NCBI GenBank assembly: GCA_022841645.1
Contig: JALHRC010000004.1
Span: 4,078-68,077 of the forward strand
From: Minisyncoccota bacterium
Lineage (GTDB): Bacteria; Patescibacteriota; Minisyncoccia; Phycocordibacterales; UBA918
Length of the DNA stretch: 64,000 bases
Reading direction: 5' to 3'
The first letter of the stretch is position 1. Each line of letters opens with the position of its first letter. Positions 30,343-40,735 of the stretch are shown here, piece after piece. Both the position numbers and the translations under genes were made by a program. The notes under the pieces are model-generated. The model was not told where the DNA came from. It saw only the letters and a program-made list of their open reading frames with translations, and made no database searches.

Positions 30343-31146
30343 TTAAGGGCCTAAAAGTGTTGTAGCGAGCGCATGCCACGCCTGAAATGATAGATCTTCA
30401 GCACGAATGGTGAGCGATAGGTGAAGGGCAGAAAAAATCTGCTCTAGCTCACTGCGCTCGTAGTGTTTGGCTAGGTTGCCAAGCAGCTGCTTGCGTTTTT
30501 GTCCGAAACCGAGATGAAGCAGGGTAAAAAACTCTTTTGAAGAAAGGCCGGCGAGTCGTTCGCGCGAAATATTCCTGACGGCAATGATCGCCGAATCGAC
30601 CTTAGGTGGCGGGCTAAAGTTGCCTCGCTTTACCGTACATATATATGAAGGGTCACCATAGGCAGCTACTCCAAGCGATAGGAGGGATGATTTAGGGTCG
30701 CGGGCAATGCGCTCTGCTACCTCTCGTTGTACGAGAAAAACCAAGGTCGCGGGCTGAAGAGCGTGCTCGAGGAAGGTGCGAAAGAGTAGTCCGGAGAGAT
30801 AATACGGAATATTAGCAACTACCTTATACCTGTGGTCCGTAAGGCCAAGACCCTGGAGGTCCAGTTCCCGGGCGTCTTGTTCCGATATAACTAGCTTTTC
30901 GGCTCTAATTTCACCAGAAAAGCGTTCTTTAAGGTGGGTGATAGCGCGCTCATCAGTCTCGATGGCGACCACCTTGGCGCCCCTGGCTAAGAGTACTTCG
31001 GTGAGTACGCCTGTACCCGGGCCAATTTCAACCACAAGATCGCCCTCCCCCACCGCAGCCGCGGCGCACATCCGTTCGGGAATGACGGGACTCGTCAAAA
31101 AATGCTGCCCCAGGGACTTTTTCGTGATAAAGCGCTCGGCTGCCAT
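30343..31146 (-). CDS. rsmA: 16S rRNA adenine dimethyltransferase RsmA/KsgA
   Basis: KKSLGQHFL, EIGPGTG, VANIPY and FSPPPKVDS. Confidence 0.96.
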   Translation of the reverse strand: MAAERFITKKSLGQHFLTSPVIPERMCAAAAVGEGDLVVEIGPGTGVLTEVLLARGAKVVAIETDERAITHLKERFSGEIRAEKLVISEQDARELDLQGLGLTDHRYKVVANIPYYLSGLLFRTFLEHALQPATLVFLVQREVAERIARDPKSSLLSLGVAAYGDPSYICTVKRGNFSPPPKVDSAIIAVRNISRERLAGLSSKEFFTLLHLGFGQKRKQLLGNLAKHYERSELEQIFSALHLSLTIRAEDLSFQAWHALATTLLGP

Positions 31147-31209
31147 ATTCCTCATACTACACGTACTGCCGGTGTCGTGCGAGGAGTGGAAATGCAAATA
31201 ATTTGCATT

Positions 31210-33177
31210 TTAGTCAAGATAAATGGTGGTTTCGTAACCTGAGCTATTCCCCCACCGCCTACCCTCATCAAGCTGTACATGCTCGGGGCTAATATCCGAA
31301 AGAAACGATGAGGGCACGTTTACGCGCTGTGACCCATAGACAGTGCGTAGGTGGGCGTAGGTGAGGTGGAGTTGGTGCTTGGCGCGGGTGAGAGCAACAT
31401 AAAAGAGACGACGTTCCTCCTCGCGGTCGATACGAGCGTCGTCGAGCCGTTCGTGCGGAAAAAGCCCTTCTTCGAGGCCGGTGATGTAGACATGTTCGAA
31501 CTCGAGCCCTTTGGCGGCGTGGACGGTCATGAGGCGCACCGCGTCGGCTTCACTCTTGTCTTTCAGTTCATCTTGATCACTCTCAAGCGCCGCGCGCTCA
31601 AGGAGCGCCGTCACCGCCTCCTCTACCGGTAGACCATCGTAACGGGTAGCCACCGACACGAGCTCGCGCAGGTTCTCGAGCCGTTCGAGGCTTTCCTCGG
31701 TCCCCTCGTCTTTGAGCATGCCTTCAATGCCCGAGCGCTTCATAATAAATTTTATTACTTCCGATGGCCGCTCGCTTTTTGCCGCTTCAGTGATGCTCTG
31801 CATGATGGTGTAAAAGCTTTCGACCTTCTCACGCACTGAGCCCGAGAGTTCCTCACGTCGTCCCTCGAGGAGTTTAAGGAGCGTCACTTTACCAATGCCG
31901 CGGGCGGGTTCATTCACCACCCGACCCAAATCCCCTTGGCTGTCGGGGTTGAGGGAGAGACGCAAATACGACAGCACATCCTTCACCTCCTTCCGTTCAA
32001 AGAATTTGGTCCCCAAGAGTTGATACGGGATGGCGTTACGCAGAAAGGCTTCCTCGAGCACACGTGACTGAAAGTTGGTGCGGTAGAGCACAGCTATTTC
32101 CGAGGGAGCAGTACCAACTTTGATGAGGTCGGCGGCACTACGCGCTACGTAGTCGGCCTCGTCCCCTCCCCCCATCGCGGCAAAGAGACTAATTTTCTCC
32201 CCGATCTTGTTGTTAGTAAACACTTCTTTTTCAATGCGATTTTTGTTCTTGGCGATAATTTCATTGGAGGCCGCAATAATGATTCCCGTAGAGCGATAAT
32301 TTTCAGCCAAAATAATGGTGCGCGCGCCCGGAAATTCCCGTTCGAAAGTGAGCACGTTTTTGATGTCGGCTCCGCGCCAGGAATAAATGTTTTGATCGAT
32401 GTCACCGACCACGCAGATATTATTACGTTCGCCCGCAAGCAGACGCATGATGTCAAACTGCAGCCGGTTGGTGTCTTGATACTCGTCGACATGAAGATAG
32501 CGGTAACGGGCAGTCAGGGCGTCGCGGACGGGTGGATGTTCGCTAAGGAGACGATAGGTCTTCCCTAAAAGATCGTCGAAGTCGAGTGCGTGTTCGCTCG
32601 CAAGAATGGCATCGTATTTCTCCCACACGGTCGCCGCCACTTCTTCGGGGTACGAGCTCGCCGCATCTTTAAAACGAAGTGCCGTGAAGCCATCTCCCTT
32701 GGCGCGTGAGATCATGCCGAGAATACGGCGTGGTTCAAATTCTTTAGGGTTATACTGGGCAGCTTCGAGTGCCTGTTTGATGGCGCGTAAACTGTCACTA
32801 CGATCGAGGATGGTGAAGTGTCGGCGCAGCCCCATGACGTCGTGAAATTCCCTAAGTAGCCGTACTCCAAGGGCGTGGAAGGTGGTCACTACCGGCGCGC
32901 TATCGAGGAGAGCCCGATCACTTGGAGGGTACTTCGCTAGGAGTGCCGTGGCTCGCTCACGCATTTCACTGGCCGCTTTGTTAGTAAACGTGACGGCCAA
33001 GATAGCATGGGGTGGCACGCCGCGGTGTACGAGGTGCACGATGCGGTGCGTGATAACGCGGGTCTTTCCAGAGCCAGCACCAGCCAGGACCAAGACCGGT
33101 CCTTCCATCGCTAAGACCGCCGCTTTTTGTGCGTCATTAAGACCCGTGAGGTATGGTGCTTCGCCAGGCTCGCTCAT
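31210..33177 (-). CDS. pcrA: UvrD/PcrA ATP-dependent DNA helicase
   Basis: AGAGSGKT, VDEYQD, QNIYSWRGA, HAAKGLEF and EERRLFYVALTRA. Confidence 0.96.
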   Translation of the reverse strand: MSEPGEAPYLTGLNDAQKAAVLAMEGPVLVLAGAGSGKTRVITHRIVHLVHRGVPPHAILAVTFTNKAASEMRERATALLAKYPPSDRALLDSAPVVTTFHALGVRLLREFHDVMGLRRHFTILDRSDSLRAIKQALEAAQYNPKEFEPRRILGMISRAKGDGFTALRFKDAASSYPEEVAATVWEKYDAILASEHALDFDDLLGKTYRLLSEHPPVRDALTARYRYLHVDEYQDTNRLQFDIMRLLAGERNNICVVGDIDQNIYSWRGADIKNVLTFEREFPGARTIILAENYRSTGIIIAASNEIIAKNKNRIEKEVFTNNKIGEKISLFAAMGGGDEADYVARSAADLIKVGTAPSEIAVLYRTNFQSRVLEEAFLRNAIPYQLLGTKFFERKEVKDVLSYLRLSLNPDSQGDLGRVVNEPARGIGKVTLLKLLEGRREELSGSVREKVESFYTIMQSITEAAKSERPSEVIKFIMKRSGIEGMLKDEGTEESLERLENLRELVSVATRYDGLPVEEAVTALLERAALESDQDELKDKSEADAVRLMTVHAAKGLEFEHVYITGLEEGLFPHERLDDARIDREEERRLFYVALTRAKHQLHLTYAHLRTVYGSQRVNVPSSFLSDISPEHVQLDEGRRWGNSSGYETTIYLD

Positions 33178-33560
33178 AGTGCGGCCACTATAGCATATGC
33201 ACCTTTGTAGCCTGAGTTAGGAAGGCCCAGTATATCCCGATACTATTTTGAAGTAATGTCAATAGAGTAAAAGAGCCCGCATCGTAAGGCTTTAAAGTCG
33301 TCGTGAGGGATGCAGTGGAAAAGTCGCTCCTCGTCAATTGCCCCCCTCTGTGGGTGCGGTAAAATTACCGCGTACCAATAGACGGTATCGAAATGAGCGT
33401 TCGCGCTCTTTTTGTTTCTGACATTTCCGTAGCGGTTGAGTGGCAGTGAGTCCATAAAGCATTTCGTATTCAACCTAGTTTTCAAGAGTCAGAACCCGTA
33501 CCTCCCGCTCCATCGGCACATCTGACGTCATATATCCCCGATCACCGGGCCGCGCCAGCG

Positions 33561-34535
33561 GTGTTACCGCTTATGGTGATGCTGAGTATCGCGATTCCAC
33601 TGACCGTCCAGGCCGGTGTGCTGTCCTCTTTTTTTACTGAAGTGCGCCACGTTCAACCACCTGACCCTTCCCCGCAAACGGCTGCCGTTGATCTCCCGCT
33701 TCTCTCAGCCGAACCCAACCCAAACCCCGTCGGTCCCTTCGGCGGAGCAGAAATCATGGTTGATAACGGAGCGCTCGTAGCATCGGGCCCGGTAGGTGAA
33801 GACGAGGTGTCTTCCCTTTCGCTTACGAGCGGTGAGATCAGTGTCTACACTGTACGCGAGGGCGATAGTCTTTCGATGGTGGCCGAAATGTTTGGCGTGA
33901 CCACCAACACCATTTTGTGGGCCAATGATTTAGCGAGCGCCAAGTCTATCAAGGCCGGTGACACGCTTATTATCCTGCCGATTCCTGGTGTGCAGTACAA
34001 GATTAAGAAGGGCGACACCATTGCTTCGATTGCTAAAACGTACAGTGGGGATGCCGATGAGATCCTCGCTTACAACCAGCTTACGGCCGCAGAGCTCCAG
34101 TCAGGTCTTACGATCATCATTCCAGGTGGTACCGTGCCAGCTCCTAAGACAGTGGCGAGTGCTGGTGGTAAAGCCGCGTCGGGCGGTAGTAGCGCGGGCT
34201 TTGTGCACCCCCTTCCTGGTGCGCTACGTACCCAAGGCATCCACGGCTTTAATGCAGTAGATTTGGCTGCTTCCGCGGGCGCCGCTATCCGCGCTGCCGC
34301 TGCCGGTGAAGTAATTGTTTCAAAGACTGGTGGTTGGAATGGTGGCTACGGTAACTACATTGTGGTGAAGCACAGTAACGGTACCCAGACGCTCTACGCA
34401 CACAATAGTAGCAATGCCGTTGGTGTGGGTGCCTATGTCGCCGCCGGTGAAACTATTGGCTACGTCGGTAACACCGGTCGATCGACTGGCAGTCATCTCC
34501 ACTTTGAGGTGCGTGGAGCCAAGAATCCGTTCTAA
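33561..34535 (+). CDS. LysM + M23 family peptidoglycan endopeptidase
   Basis: Two LysM repeats; H.FNAVD, TLYAH and STGSHLHFEV; start uncertain. Confidence 0.92.
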   Translation: MLPLMVMLSIAIPLTVQAGVLSSFFTEVRHVQPPDPSPQTAAVDLPLLSAEPNPNPVGPFGGAEIMVDNGALVASGPVGEDEVSSLSLTSGEISVYTVREGDSLSMVAEMFGVTTNTILWANDLASAKSIKAGDTLIILPIPGVQYKIKKGDTIASIAKTYSGDADEILAYNQLTAAELQSGLTIIIPGGTVPAPKTVASAGGKAASGGSSAGFVHPLPGALRTQGIHGFNAVDLAASAGAAIRAAAAGEVIVSKTGGWNGGYGNYIVVKHSNGTQTLYAHNSSNAVGVGAYVAAGETIGYVGNTGRSTGSHLHFEVRGAKNPF

Positions 34536-34588
34536 CCGGCTTGCATCTCATCGCTTTTAACCAAGCCTTCTTTACATAAAGAGACATG

Positions 34589-34620
34589 AACAACGCGGCC
34601 CTAAAAGGGGCCGCGTTGTT
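34589..34620. terminator. Bidirectional terminator
   Basis: AACAACGCGGCCC...GGGCCGCGTTGTT between convergent genes. Confidence 0.8.
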
Positions 34621-34637
34621 TTCAACATTATTACCAC

Positions 34638-36152
34638 CTATGTCCTCACCCGATACTGCAAAGCCTCAAGGAGATGTGGCACTTCGACATCGTCTTTATC
34701 GTCGAGATCAGCAATCGTGCGGGCCACTTTAATAACGCGGTGGAAACTGCGGGGTGAGAGATTGAGTTTTCCGGCGGAGGTGACGAGAAGGTCTTTGACT
34801 GCCGCACTGAGTGGTACGGTCTCCTCAATGTCGCGTACGGACATGGCGTGATTGGTGCTGATACCACGGCCGGCGAGGCGCTTCCCCTGCCGCTCTCGCG
34901 CTGCACGGATGTTTTCGCGCAGGGCTGCGGTGTTGTCCTCTCCGGCAATGCTCTTCTCAGTCAGGGCAGTGTGGCTTACGTGAAGGACGGGCAACCACAA
35001 ATCGATGCGGTCGAGAATTGGCCCGCTCACCTTCCCTTTGTAGGTGTCTGTCATGGCGCGCGCGAGGTCCTTCGTACCGTCTTCGCTGCCGCGGTAAGGA
35101 TTGAGTGCCGCGATGAGAATAAAGTCGGCGGGAAATACCGCGGTACCGTTGACGCGGGAGACAGTAACAACACGATCTTCGAGCGGTTGGCGCAGGGCAT
35201 CGAGCGCCTGCCGTTGAAATTCTGGAAACTCGTCCATGAAAAGCACACCACGATGAGCGAGGGTGACTTCGCCCGGGCGTGGATTAGTGCCACCACCGAC
35301 GAGCGCCGTGTGTGAGGCGGTGTGATGGGGGCTGCGGAAGGGCGGCACGGTGGTCGGGGCAGTCAGTGGCGCCACGAGCGAATGAATCGCTAGCACTTCG
35401 AGTGCTTCGTCGCGCGAAAGGGGCGGCAGAAGGCCGCGCATGGCGCGGGCCAGCATCGTCTTCCCCGTGCCGGGTGGCCCAACGAGGAGCGCATTGTGTC
35501 GGCCCGCGGCAGCAATGAGGAGTCCGCGTTTGGCACTTTCTTGACCACGGACGTCAGCAAAGGTGACAGCAGTTTCAAACCATTCTTCCCCGAGAGTTGT
35601 TGGAGGTGTGGTAGGTAGTGGGTGCGCCGCAGGGTCAAGCAAAAAATTCACCACTGCTTCAAGAGTACTCGCCGAGAGTACGGTGAGGTCATCAACGAGC
35701 GCCGCCTCGGCAGCATTCTCCTTTGGGACGACGAGCGTGCGGTAGCCTGCTGCGCGCGTTGTGAGCGCCACCTGCAACACGCCACGTACTGGTCGAAGCG
35801 TACCGTCGAGTCCAAGTTCTCCGACAAAAAGCGGCGCCTCCTTGGGGAGCGTGAGTACTTCGCTCGCCGCTAGATAGGCAATCGCGATCGGTAAATCAAA
35901 CAGCGGCCCCTCCTTCTTCAGGTCAGCCGGTGAGAGCGAAATAGTAATCTTTTGATTTTGGCTTTTTGGTGAAGTGTGCCCGCTGTGCTTTAGTGCCGCA
36001 CTCACACGATCGCGCGATTCTTCTATCGCCTTCCCAGCCAAGCCCACCACCGAAAAAGCGTGGAGCCCCGGAGCAATGTCTGCCTCTACCGTGACGATGG
36101 TCCCACCGAGCACACTTGGTTGAACTGTCAGTGTGTGGGCAATCGTCGACAT
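34638..36152 (-). CDS. comM: YifB/ComM Mg-chelatase-like AAA+ ATPase
   Basis: SPADLKKEG..FDLPIA, GPPGTGKT, PFRSPHH, PGEVTLAHRGVLF and VARTIADL. Confidence 0.94.
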   Translation of the reverse strand: MSTIAHTLTVQPSVLGGTIVTVEADIAPGLHAFSVVGLAGKAIEESRDRVSAALKHSGHTSPKSQNQKITISLSPADLKKEGPLFDLPIAIAYLAASEVLTLPKEAPLFVGELGLDGTLRPVRGVLQVALTTRAAGYRTLVVPKENAAEAALVDDLTVLSASTLEAVVNFLLDPAAHPLPTTPPTTLGEEWFETAVTFADVRGQESAKRGLLIAAAGRHNALLVGPPGTGKTMLARAMRGLLPPLSRDEALEVLAIHSLVAPLTAPTTVPPFRSPHHTASHTALVGGGTNPRPGEVTLAHRGVLFMDEFPEFQRQALDALRQPLEDRVVTVSRVNGTAVFPADFILIAALNPYRGSEDGTKDLARAMTDTYKGKVSGPILDRIDLWLPVLHVSHTALTEKSIAGEDNTAALRENIRAARERQGKRLAGRGISTNHAMSVRDIEETVPLSAAVKDLLVTSAGKLNLSPRSFHRVIKVARTIADLDDKDDVEVPHLLEALQYRVRT

Positions 36153-36162
36153 AGGCTATTGA

Positions 36163-36537
36163 TTACAGTGAAAGGAGATCTTCCTCTTCACGATGAGCAG
36201 TACACGTGCGGGCGGCCGGACTTGCGAGGAGACGCGCCTCTTCAATCGGTTCGCCAGAAACTTCGCAAATACCGTAGGTACCGATTTTGATTTTACTCAG
36301 TGCACGCTTCACGTTACGGTATTCGGTTTCGAGGACGGCCACTGTAGCGCGTCGCTCATTCCAATCCTCTACCACGTCCGCTCCGTCGTTGTGGTCTGGT
36401 TCAGAAGTCTCTCCCCCTACCGGAGCTGCTTCCCAATTGTCCGTGGCGTGATCGTAAGTGGCGATCCCTCGTAGCTCGTCCTCTAAGCGGGCAAGTTCGG
36501 CCTGAAGTGTGGCAGTTTGTGTGGCGATGTCTATCAT
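36163..36537 (-). CDS. DksA/TraR zinc-finger family protein
   Basis: Coiled coil; GTYGICEVSGEPI...RL...P.ARTC..H. Confidence 0.88.
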   Translation of the reverse strand: MIDIATQTATLQAELARLEDELRGIATYDHATDNWEAAPVGGETSEPDHNDGADVVEDWNERRATVAVLETEYRNVKRALSKIKIGTYGICEVSGEPIEEARLLASPAARTCTAHREEEDLLSL

Positions 36538-38324
36538 ATGTCAGTAGTATACGGCGTTTCAGTACTTACGACGAGTGCGCGCAGCGCAGCAAAGGTAGCT
36601 TGATTGGTCGTGATAACAATGGTCGTGTCATTGGCAAAGCCGTACACCATTGTTGTCACCTCATCATCGTTTGAAAAGAGTCGTAAGTCTCGCCCATCCA
36701 GGGTTACATCGCGCCAACTTTGGCGGGCGGTGGGCTCGGAAACTATAAACGGAGAAAGCGCCGAAGGCAGCGTGGTTTCCCAGCGCAGCATGCCACCAAG
36801 TGCCGCCCGCGCGTCACTCACGCGCACCACGACAAACGGTGTTCGTCCTTCGTACCAACCAAAGGCAATAGCGGTGGCAGTTTGGGCCAGGTTTTGATCG
36901 ATGCCGCGATCGAGGAGGGTGAGGAGGCTGGGTGCTACTAGGGCGCCGGTAGGAGTGGTGACGGAAAGTTCGGTAGTGCTCTCTCCCGTATCGGCAGCGG
37001 TGAGAGCATTCATAAGCGCGTCGCGCTCAAGGACGGAGAGCGCGACCACACCCTGCGGTACGTTAAGTAGACCGTTACTTGTGTTCGTAAGAGCTGGTTC
37101 AGTATCTCCTTGCCACAGCGGCAGGAGATAGAACGTTGCGGTCCCAATTATAATGACGATGACAATTGCGGCAGCAATGTGCGAGGTAGTGAAAAATGTT
37201 CGCCAACTGCGTGCGGGCTCGGCCGCTGCGTAGCGACGTGGAGGAAACTCTACTGGTGCTATCTCAGGCTCAGGTAGTGCTTCTTCCTCTACAGCACTCG
37301 TCACTGGTATAGGTTCCGGAGTTACTTCTTCGCGGACGTACTCGACGGGCACGGGCGTAGCAACTGGCGGACTGACCGGTGGTTCTTCTACATAGACTGC
37401 GACCGGTTCTGGCTCAGGCTCTGGTGTTGGGGCAGGGGCGGGAGCTGGTGGTGTCTTCTCGACTTCTTCTACCACGGGAGAGGTTTCACTTTCATCCTCT
37501 TCACTTTCCCAACGCGGCGTCGGCGAGAGGCCACGACGTGGACGCGTGGTGACCTGCACATTGCTAAAGCCAGTCGTGGAAGTACCAGGCAGCAAAGGAA
37601 AAACACTTTCGGTATTCGGCGTCCAGGTGGTGTGCAGTTCTTCCTCGGGGGGTGGGTCAACCCGTCGTTGAATTTCACCACGGAGGTCGGACTCGTCTTC
37701 AGTTACTTCGCGGCCCGTCTGTGAGGTAGCTCGCTGAATAATGTCGCGCCGTGTCTCGGCGGCGGGCACTACCTTGGTGGTGGCCGTTTTGGCAATCTTC
37801 GCTTCGCGACGGCGCTTCCGCCACTTGCGCAGACCCTCGCGTACGCGGGCAAAAAACGACAAGCCACTTTTTTTGGTGTCAGTAATGATAGTTCCAGCAC
37901 TGTCGTCCTCTTCAATCACGACACGCGATTCGCTTGGGGGTGAGGGCGAACGATTCACTGTCGTGATGCCCTTTCGTAGTTCATGAAAGGGCAGTACAAC
38001 GGTGGGCATCGCACTCAGGTGTTCCGTGAGCGCCTCTTGGGCCGAGGCAGCGCGCTCTTCTGGTGGGTCGTCGCGCACCACTGCCCGTGGTGTCACGGTG
38101 CGCGGTCTTTCCTCCACTTCCTGCGGTGGCGGAAGTGTCTTCGGACGCGCTGCAACTACCCGTGACGGCACCACAATCGGCGCAGTCGAAAGGGGTGGCG
38201 TGGGTGTGGTGGGCTCATCGCTCACGGGTGCCGGCGCTAGCCCACGACGGGCACGCTCGGTTTCCAAATCACGAGCGTAGGTGCGCAGAGCGGGCAGCGA
38301 ATTTGGAGTTGGAGTATCCATCAT
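36534..38324 (-). CDS. Hypothetical membrane protein with long Pro/Glu-rich region
   Basis: LRTYARD motif, one TM and a C-terminal domain with GMLRWE. Confidence 0.75.
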   Translation of the reverse strand: MMDTPTPNSLPALRTYARDLETERARRGLAPAPVSDEPTTPTPPLSTAPIVVPSRVVAARPKTLPPPQEVEERPRTVTPRAVVRDDPPEERAASAQEALTEHLSAMPTVVLPFHELRKGITTVNRSPSPPSESRVVIEEDDSAGTIITDTKKSGLSFFARVREGLRKWRKRRREAKIAKTATTKVVPAAETRRDIIQRATSQTGREVTEDESDLRGEIQRRVDPPPEEELHTTWTPNTESVFPLLPGTSTTGFSNVQVTTRPRRGLSPTPRWESEEDESETSPVVEEVEKTPPAPAPAPTPEPEPEPVAVYVEEPPVSPPVATPVPVEYVREEVTPEPIPVTSAVEEEALPEPEIAPVEFPPRRYAAAEPARSWRTFFTTSHIAAAIVIVIIIGTATFYLLPLWQGDTEPALTNTSNGLLNVPQGVVALSVLERDALMNALTAADTGESTTELSVTTPTGALVAPSLLTLLDRGIDQNLAQTATAIAFGWYEGRTPFVVVRVSDARAALGGMLRWETTLPSALSPFIVSEPTARQSWRDVTLDGRDLRLFSNDDEVTTMVYGFANDTTIVITTNQATFAALRALVVSTETPYTTDI

Positions 38325-38381
38325 CTACTAGTATCGCATGGTTTACGGAGAGCCTTCCCACTCCTCGTTAATAAAGTTTTG

Positions 38382-40499
38382 TTACATGTTTCCAGTGCGA
38401 CGAGTGTAGAAATCGGGGTCGGCTTGCTTGATAGAGAGACCAATTTTTCCATCTTCCACTTTGCTTACCACGACTGGCAGTACTTCACCGACGGTAAGGA
38501 GTCCCTCAACTGTTTCAATACGCACGTTCGCGATTTCAGAGATGTGAATGAGTCCCTCGTTGTAGGCGTCGAGTTTTGCAAATGCCCCAAAAGGAGCGAG
38601 GCGGGTGATGGTGGCCTCTACACGCTCGCCAATTTCATAGCGTTTGGTGAGGGTGGTAATACGCAGGGCCGCCGCGCTCGCGGTACCCCCTTTCCCGGTG
38701 ATGAAGACTTGGCCATTTTCTTCGATAGTGATTTCATCGACACCAGTGTCGGCTTTAATGCCGTTGATGGTCTTGCCACCACCACCGATCACGAGGCCAA
38801 TTTGTTCAGGCAAAATGGTGAGCGTAACAATCTCGGGGGCGCGCGGGGAAATGTGTGCGCGCGGCGCGGCGATTGCCTTCTCCATGGCGCCGAGGATAGT
38901 GTGCCGCGCCGCGCGCGCCTTCTCGAGCGCTTCACCCAAGACTGCGACCGGGATGCCGCCGACCTTCACGTCCATCTGAATGGCGGTGACCCCTTCGCTC
39001 GTGCCGGCTACTTTAAAGTCCATGTCGCCAAACTCGTCTTCGGGACCTTGGATATCGGTAAGGAGCGCGTACTTCCCTTCGTGGAACATAACACCTGAAG
39101 CGATGCCGGCGACGGCCCGTGTGATGGGTACGCCACCATCCATAAGTGCGAGACTCGAGGCACACACTGAGCCCATTGAACTCGAACCGTTGCTCGAGAG
39201 TGTCTCTGACACGAGGCGAATGGTGTAGGGAAATTGTTCGACGGGAGGAATGACGGGAACGAGCGCTTTTTCGGCGAGTGCTCCGTGCCCTACCATGCGC
39301 CGGTTTTGTCCACCAACTCGCCCCACCTCACCAACGGAAAACGGTGGGAAATTGTAGTGGTGCATGAAACGCTTTTTGACCGCTCGCTCTTCCATGGTGT
39401 CGACAAGTTGCGCGGCGTCCGGGCCGCCGAGGGTCAGGGCAGAGAAGATGTGCGTCTCTCCACGATAGAAGATGCCGCTGCCGTGTAAGACCGGCGAGAT
39501 TCCCCCGGCCTGTGTGTAGAGGGAGCGCACCTCGTCGAGTCCTCGTCCGTCTGGTCGCCTGCCTTCTACCACTGCCCCGTAGTGAATGAGTTCGTCGATC
39601 TTGCCTTCAAAAAAATCAGCGGCCACCGAGGGAGGGACGTCAGGCAGGTTGGCCGTAGTGGCAGCGAGGAACGCTTCTTTGACTGCGTAGAGATGCTGCT
39701 TCCCGGGCGTACCGGAGAAGAGCGCCTCATGCAGACGGGTGTGAAACTCTGAGGTAAAGAGTTCGCTCAGCGCTGGCAAAATGCTGGGCGCAGTGGTGGC
39801 ACGTTTGGAAACTCCGCGTTCAGCGATAATCTGCTTCTGCCAGGCCTCGAGGGTGGCGTGTACCGTGCGGGCTTCCTCAAGCAGAGCGACAATGGTGGCC
39901 TCGCTCACTTCAAAGGCAGCCGTCTCTATCATATTAATGGTGCCGTCTTTACCGCATGCCAAGAGCTCGACATCGTTACGCTCGTCACCTCGTTCACTGT
40001 AGGGAGGATTTACGAGAGGTGCGCCATCACTCCGCCTGCGCCCGATACGCGCTACGCCAACTGGACCATCCCACGGAATGTCCGAGACTCCGAGCGCGAG
40101 TGAGGCGCCGATCACTCCAAGAATATCTGGGTCTTCGTCGCCGATCGCTAATACAGTCACAACCACTTGTACCTCTTGGCGAAGGTGCTGGGCAAAGAGC
40201 GGGCGAATAGTGCGGTCGACAATGCGCGCCGAGAGAATCGCCTCGTCGCTTGGTCGTCCTTCGCGGCGTACAAATCGACTACCCAAGATAGCGCCAGCGG
40301 CATAAAACTTCTCTTCAAATTCTACTGACAACGGGAAGTATGGCAGTGAAACAGATTTCTCGCTCATCACCGCGGTCACCAGCACGACCGTCTCGCCGTA
40401 GCGGAGCATCACGGAGCCATTGGCCTTGGGTACTAGATCATTAAACTCAGCTGTCAGTACTTTCCCTCCGACCTCTACCTCGTAGGTTTTTTTCTGCAT
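38382..40499 (-). CDS. pnp: Polyribonucleotide nucleotidyltransferase
   Basis: RREGRP, RPDGR, HHYNFPPFSVGE, SNGSSSM, GDMDFKVAG, KH and S1 domains. Confidence 0.97.
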   Translation of the reverse strand: MQKKTYEVEVGGKVLTAEFNDLVPKANGSVMLRYGETVVLVTAVMSEKSVSLPYFPLSVEFEEKFYAAGAILGSRFVRREGRPSDEAILSARIVDRTIRPLFAQHLRQEVQVVVTVLAIGDEDPDILGVIGASLALGVSDIPWDGPVGVARIGRRRSDGAPLVNPPYSERGDERNDVELLACGKDGTINMIETAAFEVSEATIVALLEEARTVHATLEAWQKQIIAERGVSKRATTAPSILPALSELFTSEFHTRLHEALFSGTPGKQHLYAVKEAFLAATTANLPDVPPSVAADFFEGKIDELIHYGAVVEGRRPDGRGLDEVRSLYTQAGGISPVLHGSGIFYRGETHIFSALTLGGPDAAQLVDTMEERAVKKRFMHHYNFPPFSVGEVGRVGGQNRRMVGHGALAEKALVPVIPPVEQFPYTIRLVSETLSSNGSSSMGSVCASSLALMDGGVPITRAVAGIASGVMFHEGKYALLTDIQGPEDEFGDMDFKVAGTSEGVTAIQMDVKVGGIPVAVLGEALEKARAARHTILGAMEKAIAAPRAHISPRAPEIVTLTILPEQIGLVIGGGGKTINGIKADTGVDEITIEENGQVFITGKGGTASAAALRITTLTKRYEIGERVEATITRLAPFGAFAKLDAYNEGLIHISEIANVRIETVEGLLTVGEVLPVVVSKVEDGKIGLSIKQADPDFYTRRTGNM

Positions 40500-40735
40500 A
40501 GGGTGTGTGGGAGGCGCGCGCGTATAAAAGCGCGAATCATTTCGGCGCTCTCTCTACGCGCGCGCCTCCCCGTCAAACATTAAATTAATAACTCTCCGAG
40601 CATAACAAACTCGCTGCCGACCGCAAGGCGGTCGGCAGCTTTGGGGACTCCTGAACATGCGAGTGTAAAGAAACGTACACGCGCGGCGGCACCAGAGGTG
40701 CCGCCGCGCGTGTACACTACTTTCTCTACCACCCG

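Noticed and set aside
36534-38324. Pro/Glu repeats (PAPAPAPTPEPEPEP) as a DNA repeat element
   Set aside because: Ordinary low-complexity protein linker.
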